Source: Actinomycetota bacterium (GTDB taxonomy: Bacteria > Actinomycetota > Actinomycetes > S36-B12 > UBA5976). From it: a stretch of DNA of 56,047 nt. Positions 31,194 to 41,057 of this stretch are shown here, in pieces. The notes under the pieces are model-generated. The model searched no databases, was not told where the DNA came from, and worked only from the letters and a program-made list of their open reading frames with translations. The stretch's first letter is position 1. Every line of letters starts with the position of its first letter. The position numbers and the translations under genes were made by a program. Location of the stretch: positions 1 to 56,047 of the forward strand of contig JBEAYY010000002.1 in NCBI GenBank assembly GCA_041170365.1, given 5' to 3'.

Positions 31194-32267
31194 CTAGAGA
31201 GTCACACCAGTTTGAATTGAGCCGTCTTTTAGTCCAGCAACAACTTCAGCAACCTTTGATTGAACATCTGCAGGAACTGCTGATGCTAAATCATGGTAAT
31301 CAGCTAAACCGGTGGTTCCTAAGAAGTTTCCACCTTTGATGCTTCCATCAAATACAGCTTTTACTAGGTCTGAAGTACCTTCAGTTAAACCTTTCATTGC
31401 TGATGTAACTAAGCATGGTTGTGCTTCTGGAACTGTTCCCCATTGATCAGTGTCAACACCGATACAAAAGATAGAAGTTCCTGCACCTTCAGCTTTAGCA
31501 ATTTCAATTAGTGCACCGTTACCGGTTCCACCACCAGCACCGAAAATAATGTCGGCACCTTGTGACAATTGCTTCTTAGCTTCTGCTGCACCCCATACAG
31601 GATCAGCGAAACCATTATCTGCAGGTGGATGATAAACAGTTGTAACGCTTACATTTGCGTTAGCTGCTTTTGCTCCTGCTTCAAAACCTTTAGCAAATTT
31701 TTGAACTGGTGCAATTTCTAGACCTAGAACTTGACCAAGTTTATTTGTTTTGGTTAGTAATCCTGCTAAGTAACCTGCTGCATAACCTGCTTGATCTTCA
31801 GGGAAAATCAAACCTGTTACGTTTGCAACTTCTTCAGCTTGGAATTGATCTACACCAATAAATTTAGTGTTTGGATTTTCTTTTGCCGCTACAACTGTTG
31901 CTTCAGCCATTAAGAATCCGACTGTAACGATTACGTCGTAAGACTTATCGGTGAATTGCTTCATGTTTGCTGCATAGTCTTTGGTGTCAGTTGTTTCAAT
32001 ATATTTATAGAAACCGCCAACTTCAGCTGCTGCTGCCATTGCACCTTCATGTGCAGATTGGTTGAATGACTTGTCATCAACCTTGCCAATGTCAGTTACA
32101 AGACCAACACAGAAACTTTCAGCTGCTGCGCAGTTTGAATCATCTGCAACTGCTGCGGTGGTTTCTTCCATGCCACCTTCAGCTGCTGTATCTGATGCTC
32201 CACTGCTGCATGCTGCTAGTACTAAAGCAAGAATTGAAATTCCTGCCAACGTGCGCATACGTTGCAT
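31194..32267 (-). CDS. BMP-family (PnrA/TmpC-like) nucleoside-binding lipoprotein
   Basis: Lipobox LAAC, DDKSFNQSA, FIGVD, IGVDTDQ and TSAMK motifs. Confidence 0.93.
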   Translation of the reverse strand: MQRMRTLAGISILALVLAACSSGASDTAAEGGMEETTAAVADDSNCAAAESFCVGLVTDIGKVDDKSFNQSAHEGAMAAAAEVGGFYKYIETTDTKDYAANMKQFTDKSYDVIVTVGFLMAEATVVAAKENPNTKFIGVDQFQAEEVANVTGLIFPEDQAGYAAGYLAGLLTKTNKLGQVLGLEIAPVQKFAKGFEAGAKAANANVSVTTVYHPPADNGFADPVWGAAEAKKQLSQGADIIFGAGGGTGNGALIEIAKAEGAGTSIFCIGVDTDQWGTVPEAQPCLVTSAMKGLTEGTSDLVKAVFDGSIKGGNFLGTTGLADYHDLASAVPADVQSKVAEVVAGLKDGSIQTGVTL

Positions 32268-32440
32268 TTAGTATTGCTCCTTTTGTTGTTATTCCTTGTG
32301 GGAACTTTTAATCAGTTGCAAAATACGACTGATGTCTAAACACTACGCTACGAAGGTGAATTTTTTTCTGTATATATAGGTGAAATCTATTACGTGATAA
32401 AAGTGTTATGAAACAAATGTTACTTGTGTTAACAAGAGTT

Positions 32441-33709
32441 TCAAGAGATACGTTCCAACACTATTTTTCTTTTTTCTTTAGGTTCAGGACCAATTTCAAA
32501 GGCATCTAAAAGAGCCTCTTTAGCTGAAGTTATTCGAGTTTCATCATCTATGTGTAGTTCCAAAACAGGTTGATCTTTTTCGACAAAAGTACCTTCTTTA
32601 GCTAAACAAATAATTCCAGCAGTTTTTGAAACTGCATCTTCTTTTTTAGCTCTTCCTGCTCCTAATCTCCATGCAGATAATCCAATTGAATATGCATTTA
32701 AATCTGTTATGTAACCACTTTCATTTGCCAAAATATATTCTTTTTTCTTAGCTACAGGAATTTCTGCATCAGGATTTCCACCTTGAGCTTTTATCATATT
32801 TTTCCAAACATTAAACGCTGAACCATTTTTTAATCCTTCAGCAGGATCTTTATTTATGCCTGCAAGATTTAACATTTCTTTAGCTAAAGCTAAAGTAATT
32901 TCAATAACATCACTTGGACCTTTTCCATGTAGAACATCTATTGATTCACTAACCTCTAATGCATTTCCCACTGCATTTCCAAGAGGTGTTTCCATTTGAG
33001 TAATAAGGGCAACTGTTTTAACCCCTGCATTATTACCAATTTCAACCATTGTTTCAGCTAATTGTTTTGCTTTAGCAAAATCTTTCATAAAAGCACCACG
33101 GCCTGCTTTTACATCTAAAACTAAACTTTGAGTTCCTTCAGCTATTTTTTTACTCATAATTGAAGACGCAATTAATGGAATACATTCAACTGCACCAATC
33201 ACGTCTCTAAATGAATACATTTTTCTATCCGCAGGAGCAAGTCCTACTCCTGCTGCAGTTATAAATACACCGACATCTTTTAGTTGTTTAATCATTTGCT
33301 CATTGGTTAAAGAAATATTAAATCCAGAAACAGATTCAATTTTGTCTAAAGTTCCACCAAATGTTCCTAGTCCTCTGCCAGAAAGTTGAGGAACAGCAGC
33401 ACCAAAAGAAGCAACTAAAGGACAAAGTGGAAGAGAAATTTTGTCTCCCACGCCTCCCGTTGAGTGTTTATCAACAGTTGGTTTTCCTACAGTTGATAAA
33501 TCTAATTTTTCACCACTTTTTATCATCGCATCTGTCCAAATATTTAATTCTTCTTTATTTAAACCTCTAAAGAAAACTGCCATTAAAAATGATCCAGCTT
33601 GCTCATCAGGAATTTCGTTTTTCGTAAATTTATCAATAAACCATCGAATTTGTTCTTCGCTTAAAATGCCACCATCGCGTTTTGTGTAAATCAAATCTTG
33701 AAAATTCAT
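32441..33709 (-). CDS. deoA: thymidine/pyrimidine-nucleoside phosphorylase (variant phosphate loop)
   Basis: DKHSTGGVGDK, SGRGLGxxGGTLDK, SIMSKKIA and LDVKAGRGAFMK motifs. Confidence 0.93.
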   Translation of the reverse strand: MNFQDLIYTKRDGGILSEEQIRWFIDKFTKNEIPDEQAGSFLMAVFFRGLNKEELNIWTDAMIKSGEKLDLSTVGKPTVDKHSTGGVGDKISLPLCPLVASFGAAVPQLSGRGLGTFGGTLDKIESVSGFNISLTNEQMIKQLKDVGVFITAAGVGLAPADRKMYSFRDVIGAVECIPLIASSIMSKKIAEGTQSLVLDVKAGRGAFMKDFAKAKQLAETMVEIGNNAGVKTVALITQMETPLGNAVGNALEVSESIDVLHGKGPSDVIEITLALAKEMLNLAGINKDPAEGLKNGSAFNVWKNMIKAQGGNPDAEIPVAKKKEYILANESGYITDLNAYSIGLSAWRLGAGRAKKEDAVSKTAGIICLAKEGTFVEKDQPVLELHIDDETRITSAKEALLDAFEIGPEPKEKRKIVLERIS

Positions 33710-34458
33710 GCCACACTCCAGCCACCGTCAACGGTAACAGAAACTCCTGTAATTCCAGAAGCATCGTCACTTAATAAGAATGAAACTGTTTTTGCAACTT
33801 CACTTGCAGTTACTGGTCTTTTAAATGGTGCTTTTTCAATCCATTTTTTTAATCCTTCAGGCCAAGAGTTCTCCAAGCCATCGCGATAAATAAGACCAGG
33901 TGCTACTGCGTTACATCTAACTTGTATTTCTGCTAATTCAATTGAAGCTAATTCTGTGTAACGAGTAAGTGCAGCTTTACTTGCTGCATATAAAGAATGA
34001 TTTGGAAAAGGAAAATTTGCTTCAACTGAAGTAATATTCACAATTGCTGAATTTTTAGGAAATTGATTTAAGCACGCTTTAACTAAAGCTTGTGGTGCAA
34101 AAACATTTGTCATCATTATGGAATTCAAAATGTTTTCATCCATTGGATCTGTTGGATCTAATGATTGATTAGCAGCATTATTAACTAAATAATCTACTGG
34201 TTTGAAATTGGAAGTGATTTTGTCGATAAATTTTCCACAAACTTCATCCAAATCACCTTGTGAAAAATCTTCTTGAATTAGATATGATTTAACTCCAAAT
34301 GAATTAATTTTATTTTCTAAAAGTTCCGCTTCTTTTCTGTTGCTATTGAAATGGATAACAATATTGGCTCCATTTTGCGCAAGATCTAAACAAATTTCTT
34401 TACCTAGACCAGAAGTTGCACCTGTAATTAAAGCTGTTTTATCTTGAAATTTTTTCAT
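33706..34458 (-). CDS. classical short-chain dehydrogenase/reductase, substrate unknown
   Basis: TGATSGLG, NNAA, S...YAASK, NAVAPG and VDGG motifs. Confidence 0.92.
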   Translation of the reverse strand: MKKFQDKTALITGATSGLGKEICLDLAQNGANIVIHFNSNRKEAELLENKINSFGVKSYLIQEDFSQGDLDEVCGKFIDKITSNFKPVDYLVNNAANQSLDPTDPMDENILNSIMMTNVFAPQALVKACLNQFPKNSAIVNITSVEANFPFPNHSLYAASKAALTRYTELASIELAEIQVRCNAVAPGLIYRDGLENSWPEGLKKWIEKAPFKRPVTASEVAKTVSFLLSDDASGITGVSVTVDGGWSVA

Positions 34459-35762
34459 TGCCTAATGTGATTTCTTGCTTCAGTTAATATGAAATCTTTA
34501 TCTACTTTGGTTGGAACTCTATCGACAATCACAGGATCTCCTGCTACTAAAACATGAACCACATCGGATCTTCCAGCTGCATAAACAATCAAAGCATGTG
34601 GATCTCCAATTGGTACTAAATGTGGTTGATCCAAATCCAACACAATTAAATCTGCTTCTTTTCCAACTTCAATACTTCCAATTAAATCCTCTAAACCTAA
34701 AGTTTTAGCGCCATTTATTGTGGCTGCTCTAACAACTTCTGAAACAGAAACTGCAGCAGGATCTTCATTAATTAATTTTGCTAAATTTGCAGCCTGTCTC
34801 ATGACATTAAACATGTCCAAATCATTACTGGAAGAACAACCATCTGTTCCTAAAGAAACGTTAATTCCCTTATCTTTTGCCTTCTTCCATTCAAAAGCAC
34901 CACTTGCAAGTTTTAAATTAGAGCCTGGACAATGACATAAACTAACTTCTTTTTTATAAATAATTTCTCGATCTTCGTCATTTAATTTAACAGCGTGTGC
35001 AAAAACTGCGTTATCTAAAGCATTTATATCTGAAAGTACTTTTGTAGGTGATTTTTGATATTTACTAAAAACATCATCATTTTCTTTTTGGTTTTCTGAA
35101 ATGTGGGTATTAAAAATTGCCCCGATTTCTTGAGAAATTTTTGCTACTTGCGCTAAATTTTCAGGAGAAACTGTATAGGTTGAATGAGGCTGGGCAACTA
35201 AAGGAATCTTTGCTCCACCAATCTCATTAATTACATTTTGCCAATTTCTTAAATATTCAATTCTTTTTTCCCAATTCAAACCATCTGGTCCCTCAAAATC
35301 AAAAAACACAGGACCAATTGCATGTCTTAATCCAACTTCAACTGCCCCTTTATGCACCATATGCGGATGCAAATACATATCAAGAGTGCAAGTTGTTCCA
35401 CCTAACAAAGCTTCTAAAGCACCTAGTTTTGCCCCAATATAAGTTCCTTTTTCGTTCATGATTCTTGCTTCTTCGGCCCAAACTTTTTCTAAGAATCCTT
35501 GTAAATCAACATCTTCTGCAATTCCTCTTAAAAGAGTCATTGGTGTATGTGTATGAGTATTAATTAAACCTGGCATTACTAAATGATGAGAACAATCAAT
35601 TAGTTTTTCAAATTCAAAAGAGTCAATCTGTTTTGAAGAAATAATATCAACAATTTTTTTATCTTTAATTAAAATACTTACATTTCTTAATATTTCAGAT
35701 TTCTTATTTACGGTTAGCGCTATTTGAACACCGTGTAGTACTAAATCTACTTTTTGACTCAT
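34455..35762 (-). CDS. mtaD: amidohydrolase, MTA/SAH/5'-deoxyadenosine deaminase-like
   Basis: PGLINTHTH.PMTLLRG, PHSTYT, HISEN, HCPGSNLKLASG and GTDG..S.NDLDM motifs; adjacent to an MTAP-family phosphorylase. Confidence 0.8.
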   Translation of the reverse strand: MSQKVDLVLHGVQIALTVNKKSEILRNVSILIKDKKIVDIISSKQIDSFEFEKLIDCSHHLVMPGLINTHTHTPMTLLRGIAEDVDLQGFLEKVWAEEARIMNEKGTYIGAKLGALEALLGGTTCTLDMYLHPHMVHKGAVEVGLRHAIGPVFFDFEGPDGLNWEKRIEYLRNWQNVINEIGGAKIPLVAQPHSTYTVSPENLAQVAKISQEIGAIFNTHISENQKENDDVFSKYQKSPTKVLSDINALDNAVFAHAVKLNDEDREIIYKKEVSLCHCPGSNLKLASGAFEWKKAKDKGINVSLGTDGCSSSNDLDMFNVMRQAANLAKLINEDPAAVSVSEVVRAATINGAKTLGLEDLIGSIEVGKEADLIVLDLDQPHLVPIGDPHALIVYAAGRSDVVHVLVAGDPVIVDRVPTKVDKDFILTEARNHIRQ

Positions 35763-36506
35763 TTAATTTGCTGCCAATATTTTTGTTGCTTCATCAAGTA
35801 TCTTTACCACAGTTTTTGCTGAATCTAAAACAACTTTTTGTACATCTTCCATGGTAATAATTTCATTGCTTAAACCTGCACCAGGATTTGCCACAATACA
35901 AATCGCTGCATATTTCAAACCTTTTTCTACAGCTAAAACAACTTCTGGCACACCAGTCATACCAACCATCGTTACCCCAAATTGTTTTGCCATCTGAATT
36001 TCAGCTTTTGTTTCAAATCTAGGTCCTTCAAATCCTCCATATATTCCACCATCTGAAATTTGAATATTCAAATTTTTTCCTGCTTGTAATAAAACTTTTC
36101 TTAATTCTTGGGCATAAGGTTCATTCATGTCGACATGATTCACACCTTCTTCTCCATCATAAAAAGTTAAAGTTCTATTTTTTGTAAAATCAATAAAATC
36201 ATCTACTACTTGAAATCCACCTACTGGAACTTTTTCATCTAACCCACCACATACATTTACAGCCAAAATATCTTCAACACCTAAATCACACAGAGCTTGA
36301 ATATTTGCTCGGTAATTAATTTTGTGAGGCGGAACAGAATGTTTTACTCCATGTCTTGTTAAAAAATAAGTCTTTCGTCCATGCCAAGTTCCTTGAGTAA
36401 CTTGGGCTGAACCATATTTAGTTTCAATTACTTTTACTTCACTATTTTCCAATGGAGAAAGTGAATAAAATCCTGTTCCGGCAATTATGCCTAGCGGTGA
36501 TTTCAT
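35763..36506 (-). CDS. MTAP-family phosphorylase, S-methyl-5'-thioinosine phosphorylase-like
   Basis: GIIAGTG, RHG..H.VPPHKINYRANI, EGPRFETKAE and VGMTGVPE; carries ANPGAG where MTA phosphorylases have TDYD. Confidence 0.85.
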   Translation of the reverse strand: MKSPLGIIAGTGFYSLSPLENSEVKVIETKYGSAQVTQGTWHGRKTYFLTRHGVKHSVPPHKINYRANIQALCDLGVEDILAVNVCGGLDEKVPVGGFQVVDDFIDFTKNRTLTFYDGEEGVNHVDMNEPYAQELRKVLLQAGKNLNIQISDGGIYGGFEGPRFETKAEIQMAKQFGVTMVGMTGVPEVVLAVEKGLKYAAICIVANPGAGLSNEIITMEDVQKVVLDSAKTVVKILDEATKILAAN

Positions 36507-36898
36507 TTTTTATGTAAATGACTTCCATCAAAAGCATCTGGCAAAAGTGCGCTCAATTTCTTAGGACCATTATTATGATCAATTAGAAGTTCGCTTCCGC
36601 CATGTTCTTGAAGCAATTGTCTACATCTTCCGCAAGGTAATAGTATTCCTGGTTCAGGACCAACACAAGAAAATGCAATTAATCTTCCTCCACCTGTTAA
36701 TGCCAGTTGAGAAACTAATCCACATTCTGCACAAAGAGTTAAACCATAAGATGCATTTTCAACATTGCAACCTGTAACAATTCTTCCATCATCTACTAAA
36801 GCTGCTGCTCCAACTGGAAAATTTGAATAATTTGCGTAAGCCTTTTGTTGAGCTTTCTTTGCTTCACTTCTTAGTAGTGGCCAATCAATATTTGTCAT
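36503..36898 (-). CDS. cdd: cytidine deaminase, homotetrameric type
   Basis: YSNFPVGAA, GCNVENAS, CAE and PCGRCRQ motifs. Confidence 0.96.
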   Translation of the reverse strand: MTNIDWPLLRSEAKKAQQKAYANYSNFPVGAAALVDDGRIVTGCNVENASYGLTLCAECGLVSQLALTGGGRLIAFSCVGPEPGILLPCGRCRQLLQEHGGSELLIDHNNGPKKLSALLPDAFDGSHLHKK

Positions 36899-36945
36899 AG
36901 TGCTCCAAGACTACGCTTCTTTAATTGGAAATTAACATCCAATAC

Positions 36946-38493
36946 TTAAATTAGTGAATTAATCCTCTGGATTAAAGGGTTTTGAGCCAACTCTTCTTTA
37001 GTTCTTAAAAGCGCGAGTGCTGTTCTTCTTCTCCAAATATCTTCTGGCTTTTGAACCATTTCATTTTGAGCAATAAAAAGAGATTCAGCAAAGGTGAGAT
37101 CAAGTTCTGGAAAAATTCTTACACGATTTTGAGGATCTTGCTTCATAATTTCTAATATCTTGAATGATTCATTTCCATGTCTTCTCCAAATAGCTGGAGC
37201 TATCACCTCTATATCATTTTCTGTTATTCCAATAAGTTGTTTAAAATCTGATTCAAATGTTTTAAATATTTTTTGATCATCTTCCCCATACCACTTTTTC
37301 ACTTTAGGTATTGAAATTCCAAGTTTTCTGACATATTCAACTATTTCTTCACCAACGTTTACGCAATCTGTTAACTTTCCACCAAAAATAGTTATAATTT
37401 TTGACTTTTTATTTACTTCAATTTCATGTTTTCGAGAAAGTGCTGTCCATTCAATTTTGGAAACATCTTTTTTACCTTTTACAACTAACGGTCTAACTCC
37501 ACACCTTTCTGAGATAATGTCATCTTTCGTTAAGGGTTTGACCAGATTCAAGCAACGATTAGCTTGTTCTAAAACAAAATCTCTATCTTCATCTGTTACT
37601 TCACTTACAGGATTTTCAACTCTAGTATCTGTTGTGCCAATTACACTTCGATCTTGCATCGGAATGACATAAAATAAACGCCCTTTATCGTCAAAAAAAG
37701 CAAGTACTCGATTATTTGTAGTTAATTTAGGTACAACTAAATGAATACCCTTAGATAATGCCAATTGATGCAAAGTTTGATCATGAAATTTAGTTGTTAA
37801 ATCTTTTCCAAAAGGTCCACCTGCATTTATAACAACATCTGCTTTAATTTCGAATTTCTCATTAGTTAGTTCATCATGTAGAAAAAGTTTCCACTTTCCT
37901 TCTTCATTTTTAGCATCAAGCATTGATACATAATTGGCAGTTACTGCTCCATGATCTTTTGCATTTTTTACAAAATCCCAAACAAATCGAGCATCATTAT
38001 CAATTAATAATGCATCGTCGTATCGAACTGCTCCTTTTAATCCATTTGAATTAATTAAGTTTTCAACTTCAGATGTTTCTTCCGGAGAATAAACTTTAGG
38101 TGGTTTAGTTTTAAATCTTCCTAAAGCCCAATAAAGAACGGTTCCTAAAGCTCCTAAAAATCTTCCAAATGGTGCGGTTGGTCCAATTGCTGCTAAAAAA
38201 GATATTGCTTTTATCCGATTTGGAAATGCATCTAATAAATGATTTCGGGAACCGCATAAATTCCAAACCAAAGGAATTTCATATGTTTGTAAATATTTAA
38301 TTCCACCCCAAACCATATTGGAAGATTCTTGACTCGTGACTCCAGCGAAATCACCTCTATCAATCAAAGCAACTTTGACTCCACCAGCAGCTAATGCAGC
38401 AGCAGAAACTGCTCCATTTATTCCTGCACCGACAATTGCAACTTGAAAATTTTTATCTTTGAGGTTATCGATGTGATGCAATCTTGACTCCAA
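36946..38493 (-). CDS. glpD: FAD-dependent glycerol-3-phosphate dehydrogenase/oxidase family
   Basis: GAGING, DFAGVTSQESS..WGGIKYL, KGIHL, IGTTD, GVRPL and GGKLT motifs. Confidence 0.85.
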   Translation of the reverse strand: MESRLHHIDNLKDKNFQVAIVGAGINGAVSAAALAAGGVKVALIDRGDFAGVTSQESSNMVWGGIKYLQTYEIPLVWNLCGSRNHLLDAFPNRIKAISFLAAIGPTAPFGRFLGALGTVLYWALGRFKTKPPKVYSPEETSEVENLINSNGLKGAVRYDDALLIDNDARFVWDFVKNAKDHGAVTANYVSMLDAKNEEGKWKLFLHDELTNEKFEIKADVVINAGGPFGKDLTTKFHDQTLHQLALSKGIHLVVPKLTTNNRVLAFFDDKGRLFYVIPMQDRSVIGTTDTRVENPVSEVTDEDRDFVLEQANRCLNLVKPLTKDDIISERCGVRPLVVKGKKDVSKIEWTALSRKHEIEVNKKSKIITIFGGKLTDCVNVGEEIVEYVRKLGISIPKVKKWYGEDDQKIFKTFESDFKQLIGITENDIEVIAPAIWRRHGNESFKILEIMKQDPQNRVRIFPELDLTFAESLFIAQNEMVQKPEDIWRRRTALALLRTKEELAQNPLIQRINSLI

Positions 38494-38666
38494 GTACGCC
38501 TCACATTTTTATCGATTTATATTAATCCATCATATAGTCAAGCCATAATCTTCTCAATTCTAAAAGTTATCTAAATGAAATCCAAAAGTTAAATGATTGT
38601 TATCGTGTGAAAATTGCATTAAATCCTAATAAATGAAAGTATTTAAATAGATCACAGGAGTTTAAA

Positions 38667-39485
38667 TTGAGTAAAAGAATTGGTTTAGTAGCGGCATTTA
38701 TTACTACATTTGTTCTAACTGCCTGTGGTGTTTCATCAACAGATTCCTCGAGTATGGGCTCTGGTGTTATGCCAATGCCTGGAGCTGAAATTGCCATGGA
38801 TAACAAAATGGCAACTGCAACTGATACGCGTGCAGTAATTAAAACCGCTTCGCTTGGTGTTCGAGTTAAAGATATTCAGAAAGCAGTGGATGAAGCAACT
38901 TCAATAGCAAAAGAATTCAACGGACAAGTTGATGACTCTTCCATTTATAAAAATCCAGGAACAAATGAAATAAATGGTGCTAATTTAACAATTCGTGTTC
39001 CATCTGATCAACTAGATCAAACTGTTGAGAAACTAAGACAAATTGGCGATGTTGAAAATTACTCTTTATCAAGTTCTGATGTGACTATGCAAAAAGTAGA
39101 TTTAGAAGCAAGAATTTCTTCTCTTGAAACATCTATTTCAAGGTTTAAAGAATTAATTGCAAGTGCAACAAACGCTTCAGATTTAATTGCTGCTGAAAGT
39201 GCTTTGGCAGAAAGGCAAGCAGAGTTGGATTCATTGAATGCTCAAATGAAATATTTAAGCCAGCAAGTTGAAATGTCTGCTATTTATATGTCTATGTATC
39301 TACCTGAATATTTAAATACTTTAAAACCAATTGGATTCATCCAAGGACTTGAAAAAGGTTTTTATGCAATGCTTAATTTCATAATTAATTTGACTTCTAT
39401 TCTAGGATTAGTTCTTCCATGGGTACTTTTCCTTGCTCTTTTAGTTGCAATTTATAAAATTGTTCAAAAAGTGCGTAGACGCTAA
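38667..39485 (+). CDS. DUF4349 lipoprotein with coiled coil and C-terminal TM
   Basis: Lipobox LTAC, VIKTASL, LTIRVP, DVT.Q.VDLEARI and a C-terminal LPW TM segment. Confidence 0.85.
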   Translation: MSKRIGLVAAFITTFVLTACGVSSTDSSSMGSGVMPMPGAEIAMDNKMATATDTRAVIKTASLGVRVKDIQKAVDEATSIAKEFNGQVDDSSIYKNPGTNEINGANLTIRVPSDQLDQTVEKLRQIGDVENYSLSSSDVTMQKVDLEARISSLETSISRFKELIASATNASDLIAAESALAERQAELDSLNAQMKYLSQQVEMSAIYMSMYLPEYLNTLKPIGFIQGLEKGFYAMLNFIINLTSILGLVLPWVLFLALLVAIYKIVQKVRRR

Positions 39486-39511
39486 TAATTTAATTTAAAT
39501 ATAATTACCTA

Positions 39512-40450
39512 ATGAACTCTCAAGTACTTGTCATAGGCGAAGCTTTAATCGATGTGGTTCACACTCCTGATGGCTTAGTACAAAACATTGTTGGTGGATC
39601 ACCTGCAAATACAGCAGTTGCTTTATCAAGATTGGGCATTAAGACTTTCATGAAATCTAGAACTTCTTTAGATGAATTTGGTCAAGTTATTCGAAATTAT
39701 TTAGAAACTGAAAAAGTGGATTTAAGTTTGGGAGTAATTGCAAAAGAGCCGTCAACAGTTATAAAAGCTTTTATTCAAAATGATAGATCAGCTAAATACG
39801 AAGCTGATTTGATAGGAGCTTCAGATTTTTGCTGGAACGAAAAGGAACTTGTTTTTGATGAAAGTAATTTTACTTTTGTACATTTAGGCTCCCTTACTTC
39901 TTATGTAGAACCTGGTGCTTCTGAAGTTGAAAAATGGTTTACCAATTTAAAAAATGAAACTAATTTGTTACTAAGTTTTGACCCTAATATCCGTCATCCA
40001 CTAGATGGTCAAAATGCAAAAGATGTAAGAGACAAAGCAAAAAGACTTTGTGCAATCTCTCATATCGTTAAAGCGAGCGATGAAGATTTTGAATGGATTT
40101 ATGAAACCAATGATTTTAAATCACCTGCTAAGGAACTAATAAGTAATGGAGTAGGAATAGTAATTATCACTCGAGGAAAAAATGGTGCATGGGCAATTAG
40201 TAGCGATAAGAATGAATTTAAAATCCCTGCACAAGATATTAAAGTTATAGACACAATCGGTGCTGGTGATACGTTTTCAGCAGCATTTTTAGCACAATTA
40301 ATTGACAAACGAATTAATACTTTAGATAAGTTAAAAACAATGAAGATATTTGAGCTAGAAGAAATATTGAATAATGCTGCTCACGCATCAGGTGTGACTT
40401 GTTCCAGAAAAGGTGCTAATCCCCCATATAAAGATGAAGTTAATTGGTAG
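39512..40450 (+). CDS. PfkB-family carbohydrate kinase (fructokinase-like)
   Basis: IGEALID, GGSPANTA, FDPNIR and DTIGAGDTF motifs. Confidence 0.92.
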   Translation: MNSQVLVIGEALIDVVHTPDGLVQNIVGGSPANTAVALSRLGIKTFMKSRTSLDEFGQVIRNYLETEKVDLSLGVIAKEPSTVIKAFIQNDRSAKYEADLIGASDFCWNEKELVFDESNFTFVHLGSLTSYVEPGASEVEKWFTNLKNETNLLLSFDPNIRHPLDGQNAKDVRDKAKRLCAISHIVKASDEDFEWIYETNDFKSPAKELISNGVGIVIITRGKNGAWAISSDKNEFKIPAQDIKVIDTIGAGDTFSAAFLAQLIDKRINTLDKLKTMKIFELEEILNNAAHASGVTCSRKGANPPYKDEVNW

Positions 40451-40478
40451 CATCTAGTCACCTAGAAAAGGACTTAAT

Positions 40479-41057
40479 TTGAGCACCACAATTTCATCTC
40501 CCTATGTTGTAGATTCAATTTGGGAAAAATCCAAGAGTTCAACATATGTGCAAATTGCATCTCTAACTTTACTTACGATCATTAGCGCACAAGTAGTAAT
40601 TCCACTTCCCTTTACACCTGTGCCATTGACTATGCAAACCTTTGCAATTTTATTTGGTGCTGCCGCACTTGGTCCTTACAAATCAACAATTGCCCAATTA
40701 ATTTATTTACTTATTGCTGCAATTGGTTTTCCAGTTTTAGCCTCTGACAAAGGTGGGGTTGAAGCAATCTTTGGCGCTACCGCGGGTTATTTATTGGCAT
40801 TTTTAGTTGCAAGTTTTGTTGTAGGTTTATTGGCAAAGCAATTATCTACTCGTAAATTTTTTAATGTTTTTGTTGGTTTCTTTCTAGGAACAATTTTGAT
40901 TTATTTATTTGGCGCAACATGGCTAGGTTTCTACACTGGTAATGGTTTAGCTTTTGGAATATCTAAAGGAGTTCTGCCATTCATTATTGGAGATATCTTG
41001 AAAGCATTACTGGCAGCATCTTTGCTTCCAGTAACTTGGAAATTAATTAAAAAGTAA
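40479..41057 (+). CDS. bioY: biotin transporter BioY
   Basis: PLPFTPVPLTMQTF, GATAGYL and PFIIGDILK motifs. Confidence 0.92.
   Translation: MSTTISSPYVVDSIWEKSKSSTYVQIASLTLLTIISAQVVIPLPFTPVPLTMQTFAILFGAAALGPYKSTIAQLIYLLIAAIGFPVLASDKGGVEAIFGATAGYLLAFLVASFVVGLLAKQLSTRKFFNVFVGFFLGTILIYLFGATWLGFYTGNGLAFGISKGVLPFIIGDILKALLAASLLPVTWKLIKK

Noticed and set aside
32268-32345. Purine riboswitch upstream of the BMP lipoprotein
   Set aside because: Only two small hairpins (ATCAGT/ACTGAT, GTTCC/GGAAT) are present, with no aptamer consensus and no SD sequestration.
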